A DNA stretch of 64,000 nucleotides from Bdellovibrionales bacterium. GTDB lineage: Bacteria; Bdellovibrionota; Bdellovibrionia; Bdellovibrionales; UBA840. The position numbers and the translations under genes were made by a program. The notes beneath the pieces were generated by a model. It was not told where the DNA came from and did not search any database. It worked only from the letters and a program-made list of their open reading frames with translations. Location: the NCBI GenBank assembly GCA_045110695.1, contig JBGCGH010000002.1:9993-73992 (forward strand), read 5' to 3'. Shown in pieces: positions 6,113 through 14,859 of the stretch; within the stretch, counting starts at the first letter, position 1; every line of letters begins with the position of its first letter.

Positions 6113-8566
6113 TTAATACCTAGAGCCACAAAAATTTGCCACATCAGATCTCTGCAGACTACGATTGGTCTCGATGGCTGGATTATGGGATTCCATAGCT
6201 CCAGCATCACTAGACATTAATACAGCTGCAAACGATGCTAGTATGATGGTACGTCTAAATTTCTGATCACCTATTTTATTTGAGACTTTCCGAGCTATTT
6301 TTTCTGAGCCTTTGATGGGATACGTAATTAGTCGCATCGACTTGTAAGCCACATATTGAACGGCTTTTCCTATAGTTCTAAGGTAAGGGATTCCGTAATA
6401 CTTAGACTCCTCCCACTCACGTCGATGCTTAATTGCAGCTTTTTCATATACTCTAAGGCTGTAACCATGTTTTTGCATTTTCTCCAAAACGTCTAAAAAT
6501 TCATTTGCAGAGAGTCGGGAATAAGGTTTTGGGCTATGCGAAGAATTATATTGATTTAGGATATCGATTAATTGGTATCTACGCATATTCTTTACAGTTT
6601 CGTACTTTAAATCGAAGTTTTCAGCCACAAGTTGTCTGAGATACTCTTTATCCATCTCTATATATTTTTGATTCGTACCTTTCTGATATCCTCGCTCGTA
6701 AAACTCTTTTATATGCTTTGAACCCCTAGAGTGTTTGTAAGTAAATCTTTTACTCATGAACTCAACCCAGGCGTGAAACAAGGGTACTCCTGAAAGATAA
6801 ACTAGAAAACCCACCGGAATAATCAAACTCACAGGTTCACCTGCGCTATTCATATAAGCAACAGAAAAAGAGGTTCCAGCCAAATGAACCATCTTGGGGA
6901 TAGTACCTAAAAATTGATAAGATTGCAGAGCAACTCCTGCCCTATCTACACCTACGTCAAAAGTTTTAGAACCAATCTTAAAAGTTAGGTTTCCTTTTAG
7001 TTGTCCAGCTTCTTTTTGATATTTTGGCCACTCCTGAGAGTAGACCTTGAAAAAGCCTTTAATCACAGTATTTACAATAATGATTCTATAATTGTTTAGA
7101 GCTTCAAAATTTAGACCGCCACCTTCTTTTACCGGGGAAATAGCATTTTTCCCGTCACTTAATCCGTAGGCAAGTAGACCAAAACTCACGGCAACTAACC
7201 AGCTTTTTGCATTTCTCGAAAGTTTACCACCCAAATAATTCCAGTTCTGAAAGACTTTAGTCATTACTCCAAGTGAAAAACCAAACACTAAATTTGCCCA
7301 CCCGATTCCAGTAAAAATATCGCTGTTGGAGGAAAAAATCATTCCCATCCCAAAGGCCGCAGACATTTGAGCTGTTGCGAAAAAGGTTCCGATCAAATAG
7401 TCACCACTCAAAAAACCAATCGTATATCTAACCAATGGGTTCTTTTCTATTACTCTAGGATCTTTTTCAGGCTTTTCCCAAACAGCATTAACATAACGAT
7501 TCCAAAAACTACCAGAAAGAAAGCGTTTCTTTCCGCCAACCCTAGGGGCTTCAACATGCGTAGACCTAGCGAACTCTCCTCCGTTTAGGAAAATCAGAGT
7601 TACGTCCGGACCAAGGGGGCTCGGAGTCATACTTGTAGAACGAATAGCACCAGGCTTTTTAAGAATAGAATGCCAGTCTCTATTTTGCTTTAACTCATCT
7701 AAATCAAGTTTTGACATAAACTCAAGACGCTTCTGAACTTCCACAGGATCAACTCTAGAAGAATTAAGAAACTCTTGAGGATTGATCTGCATATTAGCGA
7801 CCAGTCTATTTAGCTCCGCACCGAGATACTTCTTTCTATCCTGATCAATCTTGTGCTTCCATTTTTCAGATACATCAGCACTCATAGTATCTACAGTTCT
7901 TTGGAGCTCCGCCAACTTCTGTCGACTTTCAATTATTTGTTCCTGAGTTTCAATAGAGCTAGAGGATTGCTTTAATCTTTCCGAACGCAAAGACTGTTGA
8001 GCAAGCCACAAACGAAATTTTAAAGCAATAAAATGCCTAAGTTTAATTTTACTTTCGTGATCAGACTCTAGAAATTCCAAAGGAAGTCTTTTAAAATCTA
8101 CAACAAGGGTAACATCTGAGCTAATTTCGTTTACAACTTTATATATGTAGCCGGCCCGAGTACCTTTTCCCAAATCTAAGGTTTCTGCGTATCCGACTCC
8201 AGGAATCGTTGCGCGGACTCTGTCCTGCTCTTTCCCGCCTTGAATTTTTTGAATTAAAGAATCTCTACCAATTTTTTTTTCTATTCGCTGTATTTTTGAC
8301 TCAAGCTTAGTGATCAGCTTGAGGTTTTGAATTCCTTGTCCACTAGGACGAAGAAAAGACTTTTCTATCTTCTCTTTTTCCTCTTCACTTAAGCCATCCC
8401 CTTCCAGATCAGAGGCTGAGGGTGGTAGTGGTTCTTTGAATAATTCTTTAGAACCCCCCGGAGCTTGTTGACCGTATACAGCACCAGGGCTGCTGGTAAA
8501 CAAGAACACGATAATCATAAACATGTGGAACATTTGTTGCTTTTGTTTAGACACTCGTCTTTGCAT
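6113..8566 (-). CDS. Exported multi-pass membrane protein of unknown function
   Basis: Long ORF. I prefer the ATG at 8566 (MQRRVSKQKQQMFHMFMIIVFLFTSSPGAVYG-QQ looks like a signal peptide, with GGGGAG about 11 nt upstream) over the TTG at 8593. It has a coiled-coil-like N-terminal third, a central cluster of hydrophobic helices, a basic C-terminal region and a terminal hydrophobic segment. Confidence 0.55.
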   Translation of the reverse strand: MQRRVSKQKQQMFHMFMIIVFLFTSSPGAVYGQQAPGGSKELFKEPLPPSASDLEGDGLSEEEKEKIEKSFLRPSGQGIQNLKLITKLESKIQRIEKKIGRDSLIQKIQGGKEQDRVRATIPGVGYAETLDLGKGTRAGYIYKVVNEISSDVTLVVDFKRLPLEFLESDHESKIKLRHFIALKFRLWLAQQSLRSERLKQSSSSIETQEQIIESRQKLAELQRTVDTMSADVSEKWKHKIDQDRKKYLGAELNRLVANMQINPQEFLNSSRVDPVEVQKRLEFMSKLDLDELKQNRDWHSILKKPGAIRSTSMTPSPLGPDVTLIFLNGGEFARSTHVEAPRVGGKKRFLSGSFWNRYVNAVWEKPEKDPRVIEKNPLVRYTIGFLSGDYLIGTFFATAQMSAAFGMGMIFSSNSDIFTGIGWANLVFGFSLGVMTKVFQNWNYLGGKLSRNAKSWLVAVSFGLLAYGLSDGKNAISPVKEGGGLNFEALNNYRIIIVNTVIKGFFKVYSQEWPKYQKEAGQLKGNLTFKIGSKTFDVGVDRAGVALQSYQFLGTIPKMVHLAGTSFSVAYMNSAGEPVSLIIPVGFLVYLSGVPLFHAWVEFMSKRFTYKHSRGSKHIKEFYERGYQKGTNQKYIEMDKEYLRQLVAENFDLKYETVKNMRRYQLIDILNQYNSSHSPKPYSRLSANEFLDVLEKMQKHGYSLRVYEKAAIKHRREWEESKYYGIPYLRTIGKAVQYVAYKSMRLITYPIKGSEKIARKVSNKIGDQKFRRTIILASFAAVLMSSDAGAMESHNPAIETNRSLQRSDVANFCGSRY

Positions 8567-8635
8567 CACTCTAATTACTCCCCAATTGAACAAAGTTTCT
8601 CACTTTAGGAAGTATGGCAAAGACAGTCTCCAGCT

Positions 8636-8750
8636 AATTGACTCGCTGGCTACGCTTGCAGGCTCATCGTCGACGCAACGGAGACCCTCGGCACCGGCAC
8701 GCATTGGCCTCTGTGCTTCCTACGTAGCAGTTTTCGCAGCTTACGTAGAT
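8636..8750. other. GC-rich intergenic island (candidate structured RNA or 5-prime leader, unclassified)
   Basis: About 115 nt that is conspicuously richer in G+C than the flanking AT-rich intergenic DNA. It contains GUCUCC(8626-8631)/GGAGAC(8680-8685), CCAGC/GCUGG (8630-8649), the palindrome CGTCGACG (8668-8675) and CTACGTA...TACGTAG (8720-8748). It has no credible ORF. Confidence 0.3.
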
Positions 8751-9030
8751 TTATAATGGTCTTGTTATTGTCTCGGAATTTCACTTTTACACACACCCTA
8801 AAGCAAACAGAATATCACCCAAAATAATTCTAACTTTGCTTCTTTGTCGGATTTGTATCAGATGCTCCTCTCCCAAAGAAGAAGTTTTTTGTATAACTCC
8901 TATAAGTTTTCTGTTTGTGAAAAAAGAACAGATCGAAAGGATCAACAGCTGAATCTTCAGCGCTAAACAGTAGGAATTACACATATATTATTGGTTTACA
9001 TCTGAATTTTTTAGCTGTTTCGTCATATTT

Positions 9031-9753
9031 CTATCGATTATATTTTGCAGAACAACTCGAGAAGCTTTCAACGATACTATTAGATACAGATTGAGAATAA
9101 AAATCTACAAGCTTAGCTGCTCCAGGAACATTTTTGAACTGAAGGTCTATTTGGGTAATTTGACTCGGACTAAGGCGATCAGTACTCATGTTTATATGTG
9201 CTTTATTTTTATGTGAAACACCCTTGAAATTTCGATCATCTACCCATGATAGAGAGACGGCACGTTTCCCGGTGGAACCAGCTTTTGAGTCGGATTTACG
9301 ATCTGTATATTTACTTACTGCTCCAAAACTAATTTTGAAAAATAAATTTCTCTGATTTACTTCATATCCAGATTTTAGCTCGAAATCTGTTTGCAGCCTT
9401 CCTTGCTTGTCTAAACTCTCTATCAATACCTCAAGACTTAGGTGTCTACCGAGTTCACTAGAGCGCATTTCACTACCTGTGAGCTCTGAGGCCCTCAATA
9501 CAAGTAGACCTTTAACATTAGCCTGCTCCCAAGCAGAAATCGCAAAATACTTCATACCTCGGATCAATTCAAAACCAACTTTTATAACTCGGTACTCTCC
9601 GTCACCGATCCGCTCGGTGTAGAAACCAGAGAGCTTATTCAACTCTTGTACTAATTTACTCTCAGGCTTTTTATTGAACTCCAAAGGGACGACCTCTTGA
9701 GCCGACAAGTAAGCACTCGAAAATAGTATTAGAATCAAAAAAACCTTTCTCAC
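9031..9753 (-). CDS. Secreted hypothetical protein
   Basis: The N-terminal signal peptide is MRKVFLILILFSSAYLSAQE. I see no recognisable domain. Confidence 0.5.
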   Translation of the reverse strand: MRKVFLILILFSSAYLSAQEVVPLEFNKKPESKLVQELNKLSGFYTERIGDGEYRVIKVGFELIRGMKYFAISAWEQANVKGLLVLRASELTGSEMRSSELGRHLSLEVLIESLDKQGRLQTDFELKSGYEVNQRNLFFKISFGAVSKYTDRKSDSKAGSTGKRAVSLSWVDDRNFKGVSHKNKAHINMSTDRLSPSQITQIDLQFKNVPGAAKLVDFYSQSVSNSIVESFSSCSAKYNR

Positions 9754-9900
9754 GCACTCACTCTAACAACTATAAACAAATTATTCTCTACATTTTGTAG
9801 CCACTGAAGCCTTTCCACTACTATCAAAAACATTTACAGTTAGGCGATCAATAAAAACAAAGAGTTGGGGAGGGCGTCAGTTAAGACTCCTTTTCAACGA

Positions 9901-10524
9901 CTACTTTGAGGCCTTTTTTTCAAAATATATTAGGTCTATAAAAATCGAAGCCGCCAGCAAGCATACTTTCTCTTCATAGGGAATGCTCTGGTCCGCAACT
10001 TCGACTTTAAAATTATCTCGATCAGTAAACATCTCTGAAAAGACTCCTGACCATTTTTTGGTGATGATAGCTACCGCCCGAGAGTTTTTAAAAAACTTGA
10101 AGGTCCAAATTTTGAATATTGAACTCGACATATTTAATAGAAGTCGCCCGTTGTTATCTAGCAAATCAAACTTTTTATTTAAAATCCCAAACCTTTGCTC
10201 TAACACACCATACAACTGACCCTGGGGATCGGTAATCTCTAAACGATTAAAAAAGAAACGAAAAGGATGGTGACACTTGGCTACAACCTGCCTTTGGTTG
10301 TCAAAAAGAATTACATCAAAGGCACGCCAGTGACCGAGAAACTGTCTGGCAATGAACTTAAAAAAACCTTTATTTTGTTCCGCTGCAAAGCCGATCGTTT
10401 TTTGTTCAGTATCAAGAAGCTCATACTTATTTCTTGTTTCAAAGCCCATCAATTCAGCCATCTCGTGCCTTTGGTGAACATTAAATTCTTGAGTTCTTTC
10501 GATTAAGTTTTTAAAGTTTTCCAT
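9901..10524 (-). CDS. Phospholipid scramblase-family (PLSCR/LURP-one fold) protein
   Basis: The C-terminal EMFTDRDNFKVEVADQSIPYEEKVCLLAASIFIDLIYFEKK closely parallels the eukaryotic PLSCR motif ...[34 protein letters not shown]. Upstream repeated beta-hairpin-like segments fit the 12-stranded barrel family. Confidence 0.7.
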   Translation of the reverse strand: MENFKNLIERTQEFNVHQRHEMAELMGFETRNKYELLDTEQKTIGFAAEQNKGFFKFIARQFLGHWRAFDVILFDNQRQVVAKCHHPFRFFFNRLEITDPQGQLYGVLEQRFGILNKKFDLLDNNGRLLLNMSSSIFKIWTFKFFKNSRAVAIITKKWSGVFSEMFTDRDNFKVEVADQSIPYEEKVCLLAASIFIDLIYFEKKASK

Positions 10525-10596
10525 TACCGATCTTAGAAAAACTAAGTACGCTCGTCAATTTAACAATTTTAAGCCAATGTAATTTAAACTCTGTCT

Positions 10597-11298
10597 CTAG
10601 TTTGATGTTCTTTGATTATGTATTTTTCTCCATCTTCTTCGTAATCTTTTTACATCCTGTGAAATTTTATACTTTTGTAGTACGAAAAAATTAAAGCATT
10701 GGGCTAAAACGTTAGTCTTTTCCCTCTTTCTGAAATAATGAGTATCCTCTACCCGTCTGACAAAGCTAAACTTTTTAGACAAAAGGACTTCCTCCCAAAC
10801 TACTTTTTTTACTCCCGACCACTTGTAATCGTGCATCGCTATCCACCCCCCATCAATTACAAGCTGAGAATAATTTAAGAGGTCAAAATACACATCCTCG
10901 TAATCATGGGAACCGTCAATCCACAGTAGCTTTATTGAATTATCACTTAGTTCAGATATTGCCTTTTGTGATGTGTTTTTTAGAGGAATAATTTTTCCAC
11001 TCTGAAGCTCTTCAGAAAGATTATTGGTAAAGTCTTCGAAGGTAGAAACCTCTCCAAACATATGATGATGTTCGTGAGAGCCAGTGTGGGGGTCAATGGA
11101 ATACAAGTACTCGCCATCACGCAGAGTACTACACAATAGTTTTGTACTCTTTCCTTTCCAGGCACCAATCTCTATGATGTCAGCTAAGGGAAGACAAGGA
11201 TCGGAACCCAAATGATACAGCAGGTGACAAACTTCATGACTAAGCCATCCTTCAATTTTATCTACCTTAGTTAGAAATATTTTCGGGCACTTCCTCAT
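10597..11298 (-). CDS. Class I SAM-dependent methyltransferase
   Basis: Motif I-like IIEIGAWKGKST and LLWIDGSHDYEDV...GGWIAMHDY are typical of the O-methyltransferase-like Methyltransf_24-type fold. Confidence 0.6.
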   Translation of the reverse strand: MRKCPKIFLTKVDKIEGWLSHEVCHLLYHLGSDPCLPLADIIEIGAWKGKSTKLLCSTLRDGEYLYSIDPHTGSHEHHHMFGEVSTFEDFTNNLSEELQSGKIIPLKNTSQKAISELSDNSIKLLWIDGSHDYEDVYFDLLNYSQLVIDGGWIAMHDYKWSGVKKVVWEEVLLSKKFSFVRRVEDTHYFRKREKTNVLAQCFNFFVLQKYKISQDVKRLRRRWRKIHNQRTSN

Positions 11299-11314
11299 CT
11301 ACAGATGGGATCCT

Positions 11315-11809
11315 TCATTGATCCACTTTTAGATAAGAATCCAACTTAAGCTTTAATTTGTATACCTCAGACTGTAGTGAGATCAGCTCTTTTTGTATAC
11401 CTTGACTAGCAGCCGCTTGAATCGCTTGATTCTTGCCCTGCTCTTTTTGCTTCTTTAAAAACTGCCGAGCACCTTCGATAGAAAATTTTTCCGTGTGCAG
11501 CAAGTGTTGAATCAATACACTGAGCTCTATATTCTTTCGAGTATACATCCTTTGGTTGTTGGAACCTTTCTTAGGACGAAGCTCTTCGAACTCTGTTTCC
11601 CAGTAGCGAAGCACATACTGCTTTAAACCTAAAAAATCTGCGACTTCACCAATTTTAAAATGTAGTTTCTCTGGAATTCGATTCATTTTATCAGTGTACA
11701 ATTCTGACTGCAACAAACCGACAGGTACCACAACAGGTCTTTCGTCCCGCTTGCCAATTTTAGAAATTCTCTGTGCCTCTTTCAGCACACTAGATCCAGT
11801 TGTATTCAT
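11315..11809 (-). CDS. MerR-family transcriptional regulator
   Basis: The helix-turn-helix FKIGEVADFLGLKQYVLRYWETEFEEL...RMYTRKNIELSVLIQHLL is followed by a coiled-coil tail. Confidence 0.75.
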   Translation of the reverse strand: MNTTGSSVLKEAQRISKIGKRDERPVVVPVGLLQSELYTDKMNRIPEKLHFKIGEVADFLGLKQYVLRYWETEFEELRPKKGSNNQRMYTRKNIELSVLIQHLLHTEKFSIEGARQFLKKQKEQGKNQAIQAAASQGIQKELISLQSEVYKLKLKLDSYLKVDQ

Positions 11810-11879
11810 GTAAAAACCTTAGTTGATGTTGATTCTAAGTTGATATGGGCTATTGCCCCTAAAGGTTTGATGTAAAGAT

Positions 11880-12212
11880 TTAATCGTCTTTGATATTAGT
11901 AATATCTTCTCCGTTAAGCATTGCTTTTAGGACCTGACTAGGTCTGAATGTTAAGACTCTACGAGCTGAGATCTCAATCTGTTGTCCTGTTTGCGGGTTT
12001 CTACCTTTACGGCTTTGCTTTTCTTTTACAAAAAAGTTACCGAAACCAGAGATTTTTACCTTGTCACCTCGTTTTAAAACATCTTTCAAAGACTCAAAAC
12101 ACAGCTCCACAAGCTCAGAGGCTTCTTTTTTAGAGAAGCCAATGCGTTCATATACTTTTTCGATGATATCGGCTTTTGTGATCGTAGATCTACTTAAGTT
12201 TTTGCCACTCAT
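11880..12212 (-). CDS. ihfA: Integration host factor subunit alpha (HU/IHF family)
   Basis: ITKADIIEKVYERIGFSKKEASELVE...ISGFGNFFVKEKQSRKGRNPQTGQQIEISARRVLTFRPSQVLK is collinear with IhfA. The start at ATG 12212 has AGGGGA upstream. The position downstream of pheST matches E. coli. Confidence 0.8.
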   Translation of the reverse strand: MSGKNLSRSTITKADIIEKVYERIGFSKKEASELVELCFESLKDVLKRGDKVKISGFGNFFVKEKQSRKGRNPQTGQQIEISARRVLTFRPSQVLKAMLNGEDITNIKDD

Positions 12213-12426
12213 GCTGTTTCCCCTAAAGTTGGACAATGCTCTCACTACTAGGCTACCAAGCTCCCCAAATGAGGCAAGTTTTTTTTCGAAAAAAGCTCGT
12301 AAACATGCAATTTACTTGATGAATTCCAAACATATTGGTTCTAAGCCAGGATTCTTTAGCAAAGTTCTTCACCAACTAGACCAAACCGAAACTAAGTCCC
12401 TATAATCCAAGCCTCAATAGAGCTTA

Positions 12427-14850
12427 CTAACGGATATGAGCATCTAGTTTATTGCCAACGTTTTGGATGATTTTTTCCTGGATGGTGTTGATTTCTTCAT
12501 CACTTAAGGTCTTATCATCTTCTTGAAAGAACAATTTGAAAGCTAGTGACTTCTTTCCTGCATCCAATTTGTCTCCTCTATAAAGATCAAACAACTCTAT
12601 GGACTTCAGGCTTTTTCCAGCTGGTTTCTTAATCTGATCTACCAATTGGTCCATTGAGACACTTTCATCGCAAACGAAAGCAAGATCTCTGTCAACAAAA
12701 GGCATTTTGGAAATCTTTTGGGTTCGAAAATCTTTTGGTTGCCCACGAGTTAATGCATCCAATTGAAATTCACCAATAGCCACATCTTCCTTAATCTTTA
12801 AATCCGCTTTTATCTGAGGATGGACAGTTCCAATAAAACCAACAATTTTTCCCTCGAAAAACAAAGCGGCTGTTTGTCCGGGGTGTAAAAAGCTGGGAGA
12901 GCTATCGAGCTGTTTCCATTTCCAGGATTTTGCTTTTAGTCTTCTTAAAAAGCTTTCCATCTCCGATTTCATTTGTAAGACCAGGGGAGTATCGTTTTTA
13001 ATCCAAAGAGATTCCGAACTACCCCAGCGAACAAGGCCAAGTCTTGAATGTTGATGGTAGGAAGTTGTTTTTGAAAAAGTATAACCCATTTCAAATAGCC
13101 TTCCCTGCTTTCTCCCGAATCTACAGTTATTAAAAACATTCTCTATAAGACCTGGAGAAAGAGAGCTTCTCATGGTTCCAAAGTCCTCATTTAAAGGGTT
13201 TAGAACTTCTATAGACTCACCTTCAATTTTAATTCCATGGGCGGCAAGAGAATCTAGCTCCCCGAGAGTTTTAATATGCTTTACTCCACTAACAAAAGCG
13301 TAGTTCAAAGCTTCGTTATAATTTTCCTTAAGCCAGAAATCTCGAACCAAGGATTGAACAATGTAATCCGAATCATGCGCTGTAGGTTCTAGACTCATAT
13401 TTGGCATTTTTGTAGGAACCGATTCGTAGGAATGTATTCTTGCATATTCTTCTACCAGATCCTCTTTTTGATTTAAATCTACACGGTAGCTTGGGGCTAA
13501 AACTTCAAATTCTGAATTTGAGACCGTGAACTCACAACTAAGCTGTTTGAGAAGCTCCTTGAGTTGAGACTCTGAAACATCTAAACCAAGTCTCTGGCTT
13601 AAATAGGCAGTATCCACTTTAAATTTTTGATTTAGAACCGGCTCTGGATAAAAATCATGATGCTCACCAAAGGCCTTTCCTCCTGCGATTTGACAAATCA
13701 ACTCACAACAACGGTCCAAAACATAAATCATATTTGATGCATCGACTCCCCTAGAAAACCGATAGGCGGAGTCCGTGTCAATTCCATGTTTTCTCGAAGT
13801 AGTTCTCACGGTTTTTGGAGTAAAATAAGCACACTCTACAAACACATCTTTAGTTTCCAAAGATACCCCAGAGTTTTTTCCACCGACGACCCCAGCCAAT
13901 GCTACCGGTTTTTGCCCATCTTTTATTAGGAGCTCACTACCACCGAGCTTAAATTCGCTTCCATCTAGGCTAGTAAAAAGCTCTCCTTCTTTTGAAAGCT
14001 CAACCCCTATGGAAGAGCCAGATATGTTACTTACATCGAAAGCATGGAGAGGCTGCCCCATCTCCATCATAACGAAATTTGTGATATCAACGATATTGTT
14101 AATAGAATTCAGTCCGATGTTCTCAAGGCGAGTTTTTAACCAGGTGGGACTTGGTCCCACTTTCACTCCAGATATATATCTCCCCGCGTAGCGAGGACAT
14201 CTTTCCTTCTCCTTAACATTAAGGGAGATTTTAGACTTAGTAGAATCAGAGCTGAACTCTAGTTCTATTTTTGGTTTTTTAAGTTCTCTTTTTAAAAGAG
14301 TAGCGATTTCTCTCGCCAAACCGAAATGACTCAAGCAATCCGCACGGTTGGGAGTAACTTTTAGCTCAAAAAGAATATCATCAAAGCCCTGGAACTCGGC
14401 AAAGCTTTTTCCCACGACTGCGTCTTCTGGCAAAATTAAAATCCCAGCGCTTTCCTCACTTAGGCCCAATTCCTTTTCAGAACAAAGCATTCCATTGGAC
14501 TCCACGCCTCTGATTGAACTTTGTTTGATTTTAAAATCCCCAGGAAGCACTGCTCCCGGGAGTGCAACTACAACCTTGTCTCCTTGCTTGTGGTTCTTTG
14601 CACCACATACAATTTGATGGACTACTCTATCTCCAGTACCTACCTGACAAAGTGTTAACTTATCGGCGTCTGGGTGCTTGGATAGCTCGAGTATTTGTCC
14701 AAGAATTATGTGTGAGTAATTTTTTGCCAAATCTGTAACTTCCTCCACCTCAATCCCAGTGTTCGTAAGAAGATCACCGAGCTCCTGAGCTTTGGTGAAA
14801 TAATCAGAAATGTCTACGTACTCATTGATCCATTTTAAAGAAATTTGCAT
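12427..14850 (-). CDS. pheT: Phenylalanine--tRNA ligase beta subunit
   Basis: 807 aa with the typical N-terminus MQISLKWINEYVDI and the tRNA-binding, B3/4, B5 and C-terminal anticodon-binding-like layout. It lies directly downstream of pheS. Confidence 0.95.
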   Translation of the reverse strand: MQISLKWINEYVDISDYFTKAQELGDLLTNTGIEVEEVTDLAKNYSHIILGQILELSKHPDADKLTLCQVGTGDRVVHQIVCGAKNHKQGDKVVVALPGAVLPGDFKIKQSSIRGVESNGMLCSEKELGLSEESAGILILPEDAVVGKSFAEFQGFDDILFELKVTPNRADCLSHFGLAREIATLLKRELKKPKIELEFSSDSTKSKISLNVKEKERCPRYAGRYISGVKVGPSPTWLKTRLENIGLNSINNIVDITNFVMMEMGQPLHAFDVSNISGSSIGVELSKEGELFTSLDGSEFKLGGSELLIKDGQKPVALAGVVGGKNSGVSLETKDVFVECAYFTPKTVRTTSRKHGIDTDSAYRFSRGVDASNMIYVLDRCCELICQIAGGKAFGEHHDFYPEPVLNQKFKVDTAYLSQRLGLDVSESQLKELLKQLSCEFTVSNSEFEVLAPSYRVDLNQKEDLVEEYARIHSYESVPTKMPNMSLEPTAHDSDYIVQSLVRDFWLKENYNEALNYAFVSGVKHIKTLGELDSLAAHGIKIEGESIEVLNPLNEDFGTMRSSLSPGLIENVFNNCRFGRKQGRLFEMGYTFSKTTSYHQHSRLGLVRWGSSESLWIKNDTPLVLQMKSEMESFLRRLKAKSWKWKQLDSSPSFLHPGQTAALFFEGKIVGFIGTVHPQIKADLKIKEDVAIGEFQLDALTRGQPKDFRTQKISKMPFVDRDLAFVCDESVSMDQLVDQIKKPAGKSLKSIELFDLYRGDKLDAGKKSLAFKLFFQEDDKTLSDEEINTIQEKIIQNVGNKLDAHIR

Positions 14851-14859
14851 TGCTATTAC

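Noticed and set aside
8272-8280. A9/T9 homopolymer inside the 6113-8566 CDS (and similar runs elsewhere) as phase-variation switches.
   Set aside because: Runs of this length are common in such AT-rich coding sequence (here they encode Lys-Lys). There is no evidence of frameshifted alternatives in the window.
8636-8750. The GC-rich island as SRP (4.5S) RNA. The minus strand contains GGAAGCA and GCGUGCCGG, reminiscent of the 3-prime half of E. coli 4.5S RNA.
   Set aside because: There is no complementary 5-prime strand. No GNRA-capped domain IV helix can be drawn, and the sequence 5-prime of GGAAGCA is AT-rich and unpaired. The similarity is limited to two short strings.
8560-8800. The GC-rich island as a known riboswitch (TPP, glycine, SAM-I, cobalamin, fluoride, ZTP, guanidine, c-di-GMP-I).
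   Set aside because: The signature strings I remember for these classes are absent or only partly mimicked. Examples are CUGAGA for TPP, the GCCACUG B12 box, and GGCAAACC...GACGCAAAGCC for c-di-GMP-I. This cannot be decided without a covariance-model search, so the island is left unclassified.
8787-8984. 65-aa ORF in the large intergenic gap next to the GC-rich island.
   Set aside because: It has no Shine-Dalgarno upstream of the ATG (…aaaccaataatatATG) and a Cys/Leu/Ile-rich composition typical of random AT-rich ORFs. It has no motif.
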